IMG/VR virus record: IMGVR_UViG_3300013288_000004
Coordinates: 127,360 to 191,359 of that record
From: a virus
Lineage: Duplodnaviria; Heunggongvirae; Uroviricota; Caudoviricetes
DNA: 64,000 bases
Reading direction: 5' to 3' (one strand)
The position numbers and the translations under genes were made by a program. Below are positions 1-8,712 of this stretch, piece after piece. The notes beneath the pieces are model-generated. The model ran no database searches, was not told where the DNA came from, and was given only the letters and a program-made list of their open reading frames with translations. Numbering within the stretch: the first letter of the stretch is position 1; every line of letters starts with the position of its first letter.

Positions 1-223
1 AAAAAACTATAATCATTGGAACAAAATAAAACAATATAATGTCTAACATATTGATTTCCTTAAGATAATAAAATTACTTTGTCGTTGTCTCTGACATTAT
101 TTTCAATTTTAATTGAATTGACCACTTCGGCGTAACGCCAATAGTCCGCATAGTAGACTTGATAATCACCATGTTCTTCAATTGTACGTTGCAATTTATC
201 AATTAATGTACTAGCTTTCATTT

Positions 224-460
224 TTAGTCCACCATCAATGTCAAGTTTTCATCATCCATCATATCCGCAACCATTTCAAGTACTTCGCAAATATCTTTAT
301 AATTCCATTCACAATCCTCAAGATAATTTCGCAAATATAATAATCTATCATTGTCATTTGTTAAATTGATGACTTGACGCGACACTTCCGTTGGAATTTG
401 TATCGGAAAATCCACATGACCGTTTGGGCGAACCCTTCTAAAATATAAATTATGAGACAT
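224..460 (-). CDS. hypothetical protein
   Basis: 78-aa ORF from track; no recognisable motif. Confidence 0.35.
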   Translation of the reverse strand: MSHNLYFRRVRPNGHVDFPIQIPTEVSRQVINLTNDNDRLLYLRNYLEDCEWNYKDICEVLEMVADMMDDENLTLMVD

Positions 461-620
461 TATTTTTGCTCTTCCAAAATTTTACCATCAATTTCTGCCA
501 ATTGTGCTGCTATATCATCCACAGAATCATCGTTACACAAACTTATTAAATAAATTTGATGAGCACGATTAAAATACTCTATCGTTTCTTGTTTTGTGGC
601 ACTAATTAATTGGCTCATAT

Positions 621-947
621 CTAATCATCCACTCTAAGTTTACGCTTTCCGTGGAATTTTTCCAGATACCACCATTTCATATGATAATATTTACGAATTA
701 CATATGGTTTATATGTACTATTAAATTTGTATGGAAGATTTACCAAAAAATATATCAATAATAGTAAAGGCTCTTTGATTAAGCGATATTCCAATTTACG
801 TAATATAAAAAGTTCATCATATTTTCTACCCAAAGATTTAGGTGAATTTGAAAAACAATATCCCAAAAGTACGCATTCCAATCGTTCTAACAATGTTTCT
901 TTTTTGTCCATTATAATTTCCACCAATGAGGTTTTTGTGTCTTCCAT
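621..947 (-). CDS. hypothetical protein
   Basis: 108-aa ORF; overlaps next ORF, start uncertain. Confidence 0.3.
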   Translation of the reverse strand: MEDTKTSLVEIIMDKKETLLERLECVLLGYCFSNSPKSLGRKYDELFILRKLEYRLIKEPLLLLIYFLVNLPYKFNSTYKPYVIRKYYHMKWWYLEKFHGKRKLRVDD

Positions 948-1360
948 GTTGAGAATGATGCTTTCTCGCCATGGTAATAATTTCTATACGCTATAACAGC
1001 ATCTTCGTGTTTATATTGGTCTGGCATAGCCTGCGCGAATGGTGTTAAACCGATATCAGGCATTGATTCTGGTGGCATATACTCAGCTAAGTATTGTTCA
1101 CTCTTGTGAACCTTGCCATAACGTCTTGTGTACTCTTTACAGAGTTCTTTCGTATGAAACCATAGCCACATGAAGTTCTGCTTACTGTCGCCAGCCCATC
1201 GCGTACAGGGATGATTATGATGAGTCGGTTTGTATGTACAATAATAACCTTCGCCGTAACGATGAAGTACAGTTGTCATTAGCTGACAACCCTCTAAAAT
1301 TAATTTTATCACGTGTTTGTCGTTTAATTCTCTGGCCGCTACTTCAGGATTTCGATCCAC
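911..1360 (-). CDS. putative pyrimidine dimer DNA glycosylase (T4 endonuclease V / DenV-like)
   Basis: 149 aa; by-eye similarity to the Pyr_excise family (N-terminal RELNDKH block, central HP..W.G.. and FHTKEL..Y.RRYG block resembling T4 endoV). Recalled alignment, not computed. Confidence 0.4.
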   Translation of the reverse strand: MDRNPEVAARELNDKHVIKLILEGCQLMTTVLHRYGEGYYCTYKPTHHNHPCTRWAGDSKQNFMWLWFHTKELCKEYTRRYGKVHKSEQYLAEYMPPESMPDIGLTPFAQAMPDQYKHEDAVIAYRNYYHGEKASFSTWKTQKPHWWKL

Positions 1361-1598
1361 AATAAAAATATTAATTTTTCTCTCTCCATAATTTCTGGTA
1401 TTAATCTAAATACGCTGTGGTATATCCGATAGTCTCACCTTCTAGGGTCAATTCTACGGAGATAGTTTTACAAGAGTCGTCATATCCATACTCTTTATTA
1501 ATATTTAAATTAATTTTTAAATTGTCTCGGATATATTTCGCAACAAATTCTTTGAATGATATAGAATCATTTGACATTTTAGTATTTCCTTTTATATT

Positions 1599-1670
1599 TG
1601 GTGCCCACTACGGGACTTAAACCCGTGACCAGCTATGTTTTCCGCTGCTCTTTCTCTGAGCTAAGAGGGC
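1599..1670 (-). tRNA. tRNA-like sequence, possible pseudo-tRNA (anticodon arm does not fold canonically)
   Basis: Minus-strand reverse complement has acceptor GCCCTCT/AGTGGGC, D-arm GCTC-AGAGAAA-GAGC, T-arm ACGGG-TTTAAGT-CCCGT and encoded ACCA. The 19 nt between D- and T-arms cannot form a 5-bp/7-nt anticodon arm. Confidence 0.35.
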
Positions 1671-1792
1671 ATTTGTTCTTGTTCACAATATTCTACTGGG
1701 AGTGACAATATGACTTATCACCCTATCACCAATTTGTATATCCAAAAATGGTGACTTCTGATAACATTCTTTTCATGGATATCATAAAATTT

Positions 1793-1933
1793 AAACATAT
1801 GCAGATTGACATTGTGATAACGAACCCGGTCCATTCCGTAAGTCTCGACAGTATACAGATTTCGAACTCTGTTGCTATCTCAGCCGGGTAGTATTCAATC
1901 GTCTTTAAATGGCACCATTTCTGGTTACATATG
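1793..1933 (-). repeat. structured repeat element, copy 1 (140 nt), conserved after the tRNA-like gene
   Basis: Near-identical ends (AACATATGCAGRTTGACATTGTGATAACGAACCCGGTCCATTCC ... GGTTACATATG) shared with 4055-4195. Internal T-arm-like hairpin differs by compensatory changes between copies. Confidence 0.4.
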
Positions 1934-2092
1934 TTATTCTTGATTTGTTGAAGCTATCATAGCTGACTCTTGGGTTGACGTCAAGCGTTCTAACAATTTT
2001 TCTATTCGTTGGATTGGCAACATTTGATTATAATAAAAGCCAGCATCTACTGGACTGTGCCCATCACCCATTCCATGAGTATCACACGAGCT

Positions 2093-2344
2093 TCAGCAAC
2101 AACAATATCCGACTTCGAAATCCCCTTCATTGATAACATTTATTACCATCTGTAAAGTTTCTTTTATTTCTTGTAAGAGTTCCTTATCCATTGTTTTGCT
2201 CGCCATTAATACGTTTTCTATAAACGTTAAAATGTCCAGATTTTGATTTTTCGGGGAGAGTTCCAAGATACTCATATCCTTGTTGTAACATATCAAGGTA
2301 CTCTTTCTCGACATGCCCATAACCTTCCTTAAACCGATGCTCAA
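2093..2344 (-). CDS. hypothetical protein
   Basis: 83-aa ORF; overlapping alternative ORF 2184-2399 in another frame. Confidence 0.3.
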   Translation of the reverse strand: MSIGLRKVMGMSRKSTLICYNKDMSILELSPKNQNLDILTFIENVLMASKTMDKELLQEIKETLQMVINVINEGDFEVGYCCC

Positions 2345-2355
2345 TTACTTTCCAT

Positions 2356-2652
2356 TCATATTGCATAAATAATCCTTTTACAATTAATAATATTATCAAT
2401 ATATTTACATTGTGTAGGTAAACATCGTGCTAAATCATATACATCATCATATTCATCAAAATCATCTAACCCAATATTCATCCAACCCAAAGCAAGTTTT
2501 TTAACTTTATCAAAAAGATAATCATTTGCCATAACTGCGTTCTCAAATTCTTCATATGTAAAACATTGAGAACCCCGAATTCTTTTATATTCGTCAAAGA
2601 ATGGTTGTAACATATTACGACTATCTACAGTAATTTTAAATTCAATTTTCAT
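2356..2652 (-). CDS. hypothetical protein
   Basis: 98-aa ORF in a tightly packed minus-strand run. Confidence 0.5.
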   Translation of the reverse strand: MKIEFKITVDSRNMLQPFFDEYKRIRGSQCFTYEEFENAVMANDYLFDKVKKLALGWMNIGLDDFDEYDDVYDLARCLPTQCKYIDNIINCKRIIYAI

Positions 2653-3091
2653 TTATATTTCGATTCCTCTTTATAGTGTATTTCAATTGAATATAATTAC
2701 ATGGTAGAACCGGTTTGATCAATAAGTCAACCCACATCAACTCTTTACCGATCATTCCATCCTTCCACAATTTAACTGCATGACGCTTACTACGACACTT
2801 AACATCATCAGCGTATGTTATAAATTCATTTTGATCTATTACAAATGGGCGGATATAATACCTTCTATTTTTACGAATAAATTCATAACTATGGTACGTG
2901 ACAGTCTTACAATCTGTTACGCCATAATCATATATCATATTTTTATCTTTAAAATATTCGCAAGTATCTTTTATAATACTTTCACAATTATGCAAATCAT
3001 TGGTAAATAGATCATGCATTAATCTTTGTGAACATTCTTCCTGTAATTTTTGAATTACTCTTCTGGTATTTACTTTACTTAAAGCGTCCAT
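2642..3091 (-). CDS. hypothetical protein
   Basis: 149-aa ORF; 11-nt overlap with the downstream gene (operon-like). Confidence 0.5.
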   Translation of the reverse strand: MDALSKVNTRRVIQKLQEECSQRLMHDLFTNDLHNCESIIKDTCEYFKDKNMIYDYGVTDCKTVTYHSYEFIRKNRRYYIRPFVIDQNEFITYADDVKCRSKRHAVKLWKDGMIGKELMWVDLLIKPVLPCNYIQLKYTIKRNRNINEN

Positions 3092-3389
3092 CGTCCACCA
3101 TTTGTTGTATTTCCGCTAAAATTTCTTTATCTATTTCATCTCTGATTTCGTTTGCCAATCTGCGCACAACATTGTTCATGGCTAAGTGCCATTGTCTTTT
3201 ATTGCGACGATATCTAGATTGCCATGGCTGAATTATTGCCTTATTGCGTTTAAATGCATACGTTTTTTTATACTGTAATGGAAGCCACCATTTTTCAGCC
3301 TCCATTGTCCAACTAGCAGTTAATTTTCTGCCTTCATGTTTCCAAAATAAACTTTTTATGTATTTGTATAATTTGTAAATTACATTCAT
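3075..3389 (-). CDS. hypothetical protein, paralog of 4593-4925
   Basis: Shares IIQPWQSxYxRxxR..H...V...A.EIxDEIDKEl.Ae motif block with ORF 4593-4925. Confidence 0.45.
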   Translation of the reverse strand: MNVIYKLYKYIKSLFWKHEGRKLTASWTMEAEKWWLPLQYKKTYAFKRNKAIIQPWQSRYRRNKRQWHLAMNNVVRRLANEIRDEIDKEILAEIQQMVDDGRFK

Positions 3390-3425
3390 TACTTAAATAT
3401 CTCTTTTGTCTGTCAATTACTGAAT

Positions 3426-3881
3426 TTATTGCTTTTCATTCAGATTGTCCTCAAGTTCTTTAATGCGTTTGCGAAGCTCGCCGTTAATGACACTCATATT
3501 CTTTATATTATCACGTTCAAAATCGACAGTTCGCAATGCTTTCTTTAAATTTACATTATTGAAATCACAGGCGTCAGCAATGTTTGAATCGCGATTGTCC
3601 CATTCTATAAATAATTCACGCTTTTTGAGCCTTCTAGCCGCAAGAGCATCCTCACTAATCTGCCACTTTCTTGCTACAAAGTCAATAGCTGCAAGTACAT
3701 CACCCATCTCTTCAGTCATTCTGGTTATCATGGAACCTTTACCATCCGGGTGATCATCACTATCATAATATGCGATTTTCTTTGCGCATATCTGAACTAG
3801 TTCACCGCATTCTTCCATCAATTTTGTTAAACCATTTGCAGACATCATAAAGCCAATATTCCTGTATAATTTGGAGCCCAC
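3426..3881 (-). CDS. MazG-like nucleotide pyrophosphohydrolase
   Basis: 151 aa; LMEECGELVQ ... EEMGDVLAAIDF blocks typical of the MazG/NTP-PPase all-alpha family. Confidence 0.5.
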   Translation of the reverse strand: MGSKLYRNIGFMMSANGLTKLMEECGELVQICAKKIAYYDSDDHPDGKGSMITRMTEEMGDVLAAIDFVARKWQISEDALAARRLKKRELFIEWDNRDSNIADACDFNNVNLKKALRTVDFERDNIKNMSVINGELRKRIKELEDNLNEKQ

Positions 3882-3946
3882 TACGGGACTTGAACCCGCG
3901 CTCGCCGCTATACGCTATCGCTGCTCTTTCTCTGAGCTAAATGGGC
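3872..3946 (-). tRNA. tRNA-like sequence, possible pseudo-tRNA
   Basis: Reverse complement GCCCATT-TA-GCTC-AGAGAAA-GAGC...GCGGG-TTCAAGT-CCCGT-AGTGGGC-T-CCA has good acceptor, D- and T-arms plus CCA. Anticodon region (contains CGCTATACGCTATCG direct repeat) has no canonical stem. Same family as 1599-1670. Confidence 0.35.
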
Positions 3947-3962
3947 TTAATTCTTTTTCATA

Positions 3963-4034
3963 CACCCTGTGACGGTATCGAACCGTCCTCTTCCAGATCA
4001 ATATAGATATTCTAGCCGCTATTACTAACAGGGT
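3963..4034 (-). tRNA. tRNA-like sequence (acceptor ACCCTGT/ACAGGGT, perfect T-arm GACGG-TTCGATA-CCGTC; D and anticodon arms non-canonical)
   Basis: Folded by eye on the minus strand; no CCA; low confidence. Confidence 0.3.
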
Positions 4035-4054
4035 GTACTATTACATATAAGTAA

Positions 4055-4195
4055 AACATATGCAGGTTGACATTGTGATAACGAACCCGGTCCATTCCTT
4101 AGTTCTCGATAGTTTGAGAGTTTCGAACCTCTCTGTCTAATCTCAGCCGGGTAGTATTCAACCGCCTTTAATGACACCGTTTCCGGTTACATATG
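4055..4195 (-). repeat. structured repeat element, copy 2
   Basis: Paralog of 1793-1933; hairpin GAGAG-GTTCGAAA-CTCTC here versus CAGA-GTTCGAAA-TCTG in copy 1 (covariation). Confidence 0.4.
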
Positions 4196-4600
4196 TTATT
4201 CTTGTTTCTCATTTGATGGCTCTATAGTATCTGGTAGCAGAGTCCTTGTCAACTGTTTGAGCAATTCTTCTCTGTCTAGTATAATTACATTATCACCTTC
4301 AACTGTCGCCCCACTATTGGAAGGATATGGAAAAATGTAATCTTCTTGTAACGATAGCGGATTGTAATAACCGTCTTGGTTATCAAGCTCTAGATCGTGG
4401 ATATCCTTCATCGCGAAATCCCTCTCTTCATTTTTATCAACGTCTAGAGCGTTTAAAAGAAATTGTGGCTCTTTGTGATATTCCGTTGATCCAAACCATA
4501 TGCAAATTGGGCGAATAGTTCTTACTGAACGTTCGCCCTTATAGTTTGTGTAATCAATCTTGAAATTGCAGTTATATGTCAAGTTTGCTATGTTATACAT
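4196..4600 (-). CDS. hypothetical protein
   Basis: 134-aa ORF. Confidence 0.45.
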   Translation of the reverse strand: MYNIANLTYNCNFKIDYTNYKGERSVRTIRPICIWFGSTEYHKEPQFLLNALDVDKNEERDFAMKDIHDLELDNQDGYYNPLSLQEDYIFPYPSNSGATVEGDNVIILDREELLKQLTRTLLPDTIEPSNEKQE

Positions 4601-4925
4601 TAAATAATGGCCCTCTAAATAATTTTACTAAATCTGCCATAAGTTCCTTATCAATTTCATCACATATCTCTTTAGCGCATTTCTTAACGAGAAGTCTTTC
4701 GATAATATGGGGATTTCTATTCCACCGCTTATATGATGACTGCCAAGGCTGAATAATATTATGATTTCTTTTACTCTTTGGTAGGATTCTATTGGTATTC
4801 AATCTACGCTTCGAAGTTTTCTCCCAAGATATATCTAAATCAAAATTGGCATCAAGCTTATAGCTCGGACCTCCCCTATTAACTCCATCCAATATAATAA
4901 ATGGCCCATTGACTGTATAATTCAT
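4593..4925 (-). CDS. hypothetical protein, paralog of 3075-3389
   Basis: Shared IIQPWQS.Y.R..R motif block. Confidence 0.45.
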   Translation of the reverse strand: MNYTVNGPFIILDGVNRGGPSYKLDANFDLDISWEKTSKRRLNTNRILPKSKRNHNIIQPWQSSYKRWNRNPHIIERLLVKKCAKEICDEIDKELMADLVKLFRGPLFNV

Positions 4926-5131
4926 TTCTTAAATCTCTCTTTCGTCTGTTTACGAAGCTCTTTAATCAGATGTTTTAAGACGGCTTCAGTCGCATATTTA
5001 TCAACAATTACTTTAGCATCATCGGCTATCTCTTGTTTTAACTGTTTAACCATCATTCGTAATGCCCGACTATGATATTGCCTAACAGGCTTTTCATATT
5101 CTATTGTCCACTCGCCTTCTAGCTTACGCAT
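4922..5131 (-). CDS. hypothetical protein
   Basis: 69-aa ORF, start overlaps upstream stop (ATGA). Confidence 0.4.
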   Translation of the reverse strand: MRKLEGEWTIEYEKPVRQYHSRALRMMVKQLKQEIADDAKVIVDKYATEAVLKHLIKELRKQTKERFKK

Positions 5132-5596
5132 TCACTTACCCCATACTATATTTTTGATGATTCTATCAATGATCCTTTCCCACAATGATTTCTTTTTACG
5201 AATGTTTATGGTTTCACCATATTCTGGCTTAGGTTCTGGCTTGACTATTTCTTTCTGTTTCTTTTTAGGAGGATCAGCATCTTTCTTTAATTGTGGTTCT
5301 GGCCATTGTTTCTTCTGTTCTTCGGATACATAATCATATGTAACTTCACCTGTAGATTCATTTATCAACCTATTAGGTGGGAACCGAAGAAATGCTTTAC
5401 TATTTTCGATATTACCTTCTATCTGAACCAATCCATTAGACGACTTATGTTGTGTTGCCACTTTTTTCGTTTGTATATTGTCTATCTTTATCTTTGCAAA
5501 CATTTGATCATCGGAAAATGATGGACTTACATACGATGAGTAAAATAATTTTAATTCTATTGGATCAGAATCTAACAGTTCTTTATTTAATTTCAT
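5132..5596 (-). CDS. hypothetical lysine-rich protein
   Basis: 154-aa ORF; KKDADPPKKKQKEIVKPEPKPE low-complexity segment. Confidence 0.45.
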   Translation of the reverse strand: MKLNKELLDSDPIELKLFYSSYVSPSFSDDQMFAKIKIDNIQTKKVATQHKSSNGLVQIEGNIENSKAFLRFPPNRLINESTGEVTYDYVSEEQKKQWPEPQLKKDADPPKKKQKEIVKPEPKPEYGETINIRKKKSLWERIIDRIIKNIVWGK

Positions 5597-5709
5597 ATAA
5601 GAATGACTACCATCACCATTATCTGCTTCCTAAAACATGTACATAATGTACATCATTCCAGTTCCTAATTCAACCATCCAACTTTCACACGATTTTCTGT
5701 GCAAATTGG

Positions 5710-6948
5710 TCAGATGTCCAAAGGCGTAACTTCGGGACAAGCCATCCCTAGTTGTCTCATTCCTGAGACATAAATATTTTTGGCAGCATTCCAATCTCTG
5801 TCCATTTTATGACCACAATCCGTACAGCAGAAGATTCGATCACTCAATTTCAAGTCTGATTTATAGCTACCACAACTAGAACATGATTTGGAAGTCGGTG
5901 CCCATTTATCTATTACAACTAAATTGTTGTTATAAATCAATGACTTGTATTTGAGTTGGCGTCGGGCTTCGCCCACGCCACCATCAATTCCTGACTTCCC
6001 AAACATTTTGCTCCAGCTTTTCAAATTCAAATCTTCTATAATTATCGTTTGGTTTTCGCGACAGATTTGAGTTGTAAATTTGTGTGTGAAATCGTGACGT
6101 AAGTCACTGATTTCTTTATGTATTTTTGCTACTTTACATCTTTGTTTCTTTTTGTTTTGACTTCCATCTTTTCTCTTTGAACAAATTCTCTGATACCTTT
6201 TCAGCTTTTGAAGCTTGTTTTTCAATGGTTTTGGTGCATCGAAAGATGCGCCATTTTGATCAACCGCGAAAGTTTTGATGCCAAAATCAATTGCTATGGT
6301 GTTATCTGATGTTCTAGCTTTACCATAATCATTCATCTCTACCGCAATTGATATAAACCATTTATCAGCTTTTCGACTGACCACAGCAGACATGATCTTA
6401 CCTTCAAATCTCAATGTCTCTTCCAATTTAATTTTTCCAATTAGTGGAAGTTTAATCATATTATCAGTTATGTGAAATTGATCGTTTGAGACATAAAATG
6501 AATCGCGTTTGTACTTTTTCTTAAACTGCGGATACGCGGTTCGTTTGTCGAAGAAACCTTTGAAAGCACTTTGTAAATTTGTAAATGGTTGTTGATTTGC
6601 ATCTTTTGGTGAATCGTATATCCATGGAAATTCCTGCTTTTTAATGGAATTGAATTGCTTTTTCAATTTTAATGCTGACGGTTTCTCGCCTGCCATATAT
6701 TGCTTATTCCATTCGGCCAAAGCCCAATTGTAAGTGAATCTGGCGCAGCCTGCGGCTCGCGCCAGCATCTGCTTCTGTTCTTTGTTGGGTTTTAACTGAA
6801 TTTTGTGGGCAAGATTCACGGCGATTTTATTCGCTTTTTCTCTTAACTTTGGCGTCTTTCGGCACCAATATAGTGCGTGATGCCGTTTGGTATGCACCTT
6901 CGATGTAGCCAAGGTGGAACCAATTGTAAGCTGTTCTGTAACATACAC
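5710..6948 (-). CDS. tnpB: IS607/IS605-family TnpB (OrfB) RNA-guided endonuclease
   Basis: 412 aa; N-terminal LKPNKEQKQMLARAAGCARFTYNWAL; RuvC-I IAIDFGIKTFA, RuvC-II IIIEDLNLKSW, zinc finger CSSCGS...CCTDCGH, RuvC-III DRDWNAAKNI. All catalytic blocks intact. Confidence 0.85.
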   Translation of the reverse strand: MYVTEQLTIGSTLATSKVHTKRHHALYWCRKTPKLREKANKIAVNLAHKIQLKPNKEQKQMLARAAGCARFTYNWALAEWNKQYMAGEKPSALKLKKQFNSIKKQEFPWIYDSPKDANQQPFTNLQSAFKGFFDKRTAYPQFKKKYKRDSFYVSNDQFHITDNMIKLPLIGKIKLEETLRFEGKIMSAVVSRKADKWFISIAVEMNDYGKARTSDNTIAIDFGIKTFAVDQNGASFDAPKPLKNKLQKLKRYQRICSKRKDGSQNKKKQRCKVAKIHKEISDLRHDFTHKFTTQICRENQTIIIEDLNLKSWSKMFGKSGIDGGVGEARRQLKYKSLIYNNNLVVIDKWAPTSKSCSSCGSYKSDLKLSDRIFCCTDCGHKMDRDWNAAKNIYVSGMRQLGMACPEVTPLDI

Positions 6949-6985
6949 CTTGCGTCTTTGCGAAATCTACTAATTTTATCATCAT
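6828..6985 (-). pseudogene. remnant of IS607 TnpA serine recombinase (MerR-like HTH N-terminus only, about 52 codons)
   Basis: Minus-strand ORF MMIKLVDFAKTQGVCYRTAYNWFHLGYIEGAYQTASRTILV... matches the HTH N-terminus of IS607 TnpA (compare the intact TnpA at 20845-21411). No resolvase catalytic domain follows; the TnpB ORF begins overlapping it in another frame. Confidence 0.45.
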
Positions 6986-7030
6986 TTTTCAATCCTTTAC
7001 ATCTATTTATACGGATTTTAAAAATACGCG

Positions 7031-7288
7031 CTAACAATTTTTGATTTCTTGTTCCTTTAATCGTTTAATTTCTCTACGCATTAAGTTGTCATAATTGTTC
7101 ATTGCAACACCAATATTACCACCACTTTCGGCGTGTTGCAATATCAACTCTTCTTTGATTTTTTCTAAAGGTGAAAATGGGTATGAGGTTAGATTCCATA
7201 AAATTGTATCACATTCCTCATAGGTTAAATCTTGTGACCAATACTTGCGAACAAAATCTACAAAAGTGCCTTCAGTTATTTCTTCCAT
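7031..7288 (-). CDS. hypothetical protein
   Basis: 85-aa ORF. Confidence 0.45.
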   Translation of the reverse strand: MEEITEGTFVDFVRKYWSQDLTYEECDTILWNLTSYPFSPLEKIKEELILQHAESGGNIGVAMNNYDNLMRREIKRLKEQEIKNC

Positions 7289-7575
7289 TATTCATTCTCA
7301 ATTACAGTTCTTCTGTTCCAACGGTCAATAGCTTCTTGTTCACTATCACCACTTATTTCTGCGCCACATCCTCCAGCATTTTCGGTACAATTCATAGTCC
7401 AGCACATACCGTCACCTTCCTTAGCTCTATCTCTTCCATGATAAGACCGCATAGTCCCTTCATTTGGAAGTACATTATCTCTCCAGTATGTCCCAGATGG
7501 ATATAGCGTATCAATTAAATCTTCTTCTGGTTCCATACCACAGAACGGGCATGGTAGTAATTTTACGTTGCTCAT
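7288..7575 (-). CDS. lar: Lar-family restriction alleviation protein (zinc ribbon)
   Basis: 95 aa; LPCPFCG...C..C...EAIDRWNRR matches the Lar family signature (PCPFCG zinc ribbon, C-terminal EAIxxWNRR). Confidence 0.6.
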   Translation of the reverse strand: MSNVKLLPCPFCGMEPEEDLIDTLYPSGTYWRDNVLPNEGTMRSYHGRDRAKEGDGMCWTMNCTENAGGCGAEISGDSEQEAIDRWNRRTVIENE

Positions 7576-7580
7576 AATGA

Positions 7581-7967
7581 TTAATCCATTTCAATAATTT
7601 TAATATCTCTACCCAAATAACCAGAAGTATTAACAGGTGTGCATGGTGGTCGCCATTTATTTTCCAATGCTGTTTTAATCCAATCAGGTGTTAACAATTT
7701 TAATTGTTCATTACCAATCTTTTCAGCTTTTTTACATGCTTCTACTGCTGTTTTAGCCTTTCCAATATATCTAGTATGTTTATAATTCCAATCAGTAATT
7801 TCTACTGACCATCGATACATTCCATCGATCAAATCAACTTCCAAATCTATATTAGCTGGAGAATTGTAGTATAATGATTTTCTCCAAGGACTATAATTTA
7901 ATGATTTGGAACCCCAACCAGTACCGTTGAATGGTTTTGGCGGAAAATAATCTAATTCATAGCTCAT
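7581..7967 (-). CDS. hypothetical protein
   Basis: 128-aa ORF. Confidence 0.45.
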   Translation of the reverse strand: MSYELDYFPPKPFNGTGWGSKSLNYSPWRKSLYYNSPANIDLEVDLIDGMYRWSVEITDWNYKHTRYIGKAKTAVEACKKAEKIGNEQLKLLTPDWIKTALENKWRPPCTPVNTSGYLGRDIKIIEMD

Positions 7968-8176
7968 ACTATCCTCACATCAAAGTCATGTACGTACCCT
8001 TTTACCAGAACATCGCCTGTAATGCAAGTCAATGCTAGATGATCACCATGGTGAATATGATCTACTTTGAATTTATGTCCTTTATATTCTTCATAATAAG
8101 GATAGAATGGTGGCTCATAAACTTTGTCCACAAACTCTACAATCATGCCGAGCTTAATCTGAGTCATACTCATCAT
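7964..8176 (-). CDS. hypothetical protein
   Basis: 70-aa ORF, overlapping start/stop with neighbour. Confidence 0.4.
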   Translation of the reverse strand: MMSMTQIKLGMIVEFVDKVYEPPFYPYYEEYKGHKFKVDHIHHGDHLALTCITGDVLVKGYVHDFDVRIV

Positions 8177-8181
8177 ATCCT

Positions 8182-8490
8182 TTAGGTGATATAGGTAACA
8201 TTTTTATTACGGTTGAGGTTCGTGACCTCGAAATAAATAATACAACCATACTGACTATACTCACCAGCACAAACCTTTATTTTACAATCTACGCCGTATT
8301 GTAGTCGAATAGTCGTAATGAATGCTGCGAAATGTGATGGCTCACTTGCGGCGACATCAAGTGAATCAACTAAACAATCATATTCATTAAGTTTGGCAGC
8401 AATCTTACCATCACACTCAATTAATCGATATCTGTCAGTTTCAATATCCTGCACAATGAACACAAGCTCTGAATTAGGTGGTGCGTACAT
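8182..8490 (-). CDS. hypothetical protein
   Basis: 102-aa ORF. Confidence 0.4.
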   Translation of the reverse strand: MYAPPNSELVFIVQDIETDRYRLIECDGKIAAKLNEYDCLVDSLDVAASEPSHFAAFITTIRLQYGVDCKIKVCAGEYSQYGCIIYFEVTNLNRNKNVTYIT

Positions 8491-8712
8491 ATCTTATAGC
8501 CTATCCGAGATATTCACGATTTTGTAAAAATCGTAATACTTATTTTGTTGAGAGATATATTCTTGCGCATCAGCTTCATTATCGAATGAGGCTAAAAAAT
8601 TGTCAATATTTGGATAATATTGATCCCACCCCAACACCCAAAATAATTTCATGTCCTTCATCCCCTATGTTTAAGCTATCATAAGGGAATTGAGGTTAGA
8701 TGTCAATGATGA

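Larger units (their letters stand above)
5600..7000 (-). mobile_element. degenerate IS607-family element (TnpA remnant + intact TnpB + putative right end/omegaRNA region)
   Basis: Gene content; hairpin GTCTCAGGAATGAGAC inside the tnpB 3' end; ends not mappable by eye. Confidence 0.4.

Noticed and set aside
6843-7037. ORF 6843-7037 (-) upstream of tnpB as a real gene
   Set aside because: A different frame over the same DNA (6828-6985) gives a clear IS607 TnpA HTH match; the track ORF is the wrong frame.
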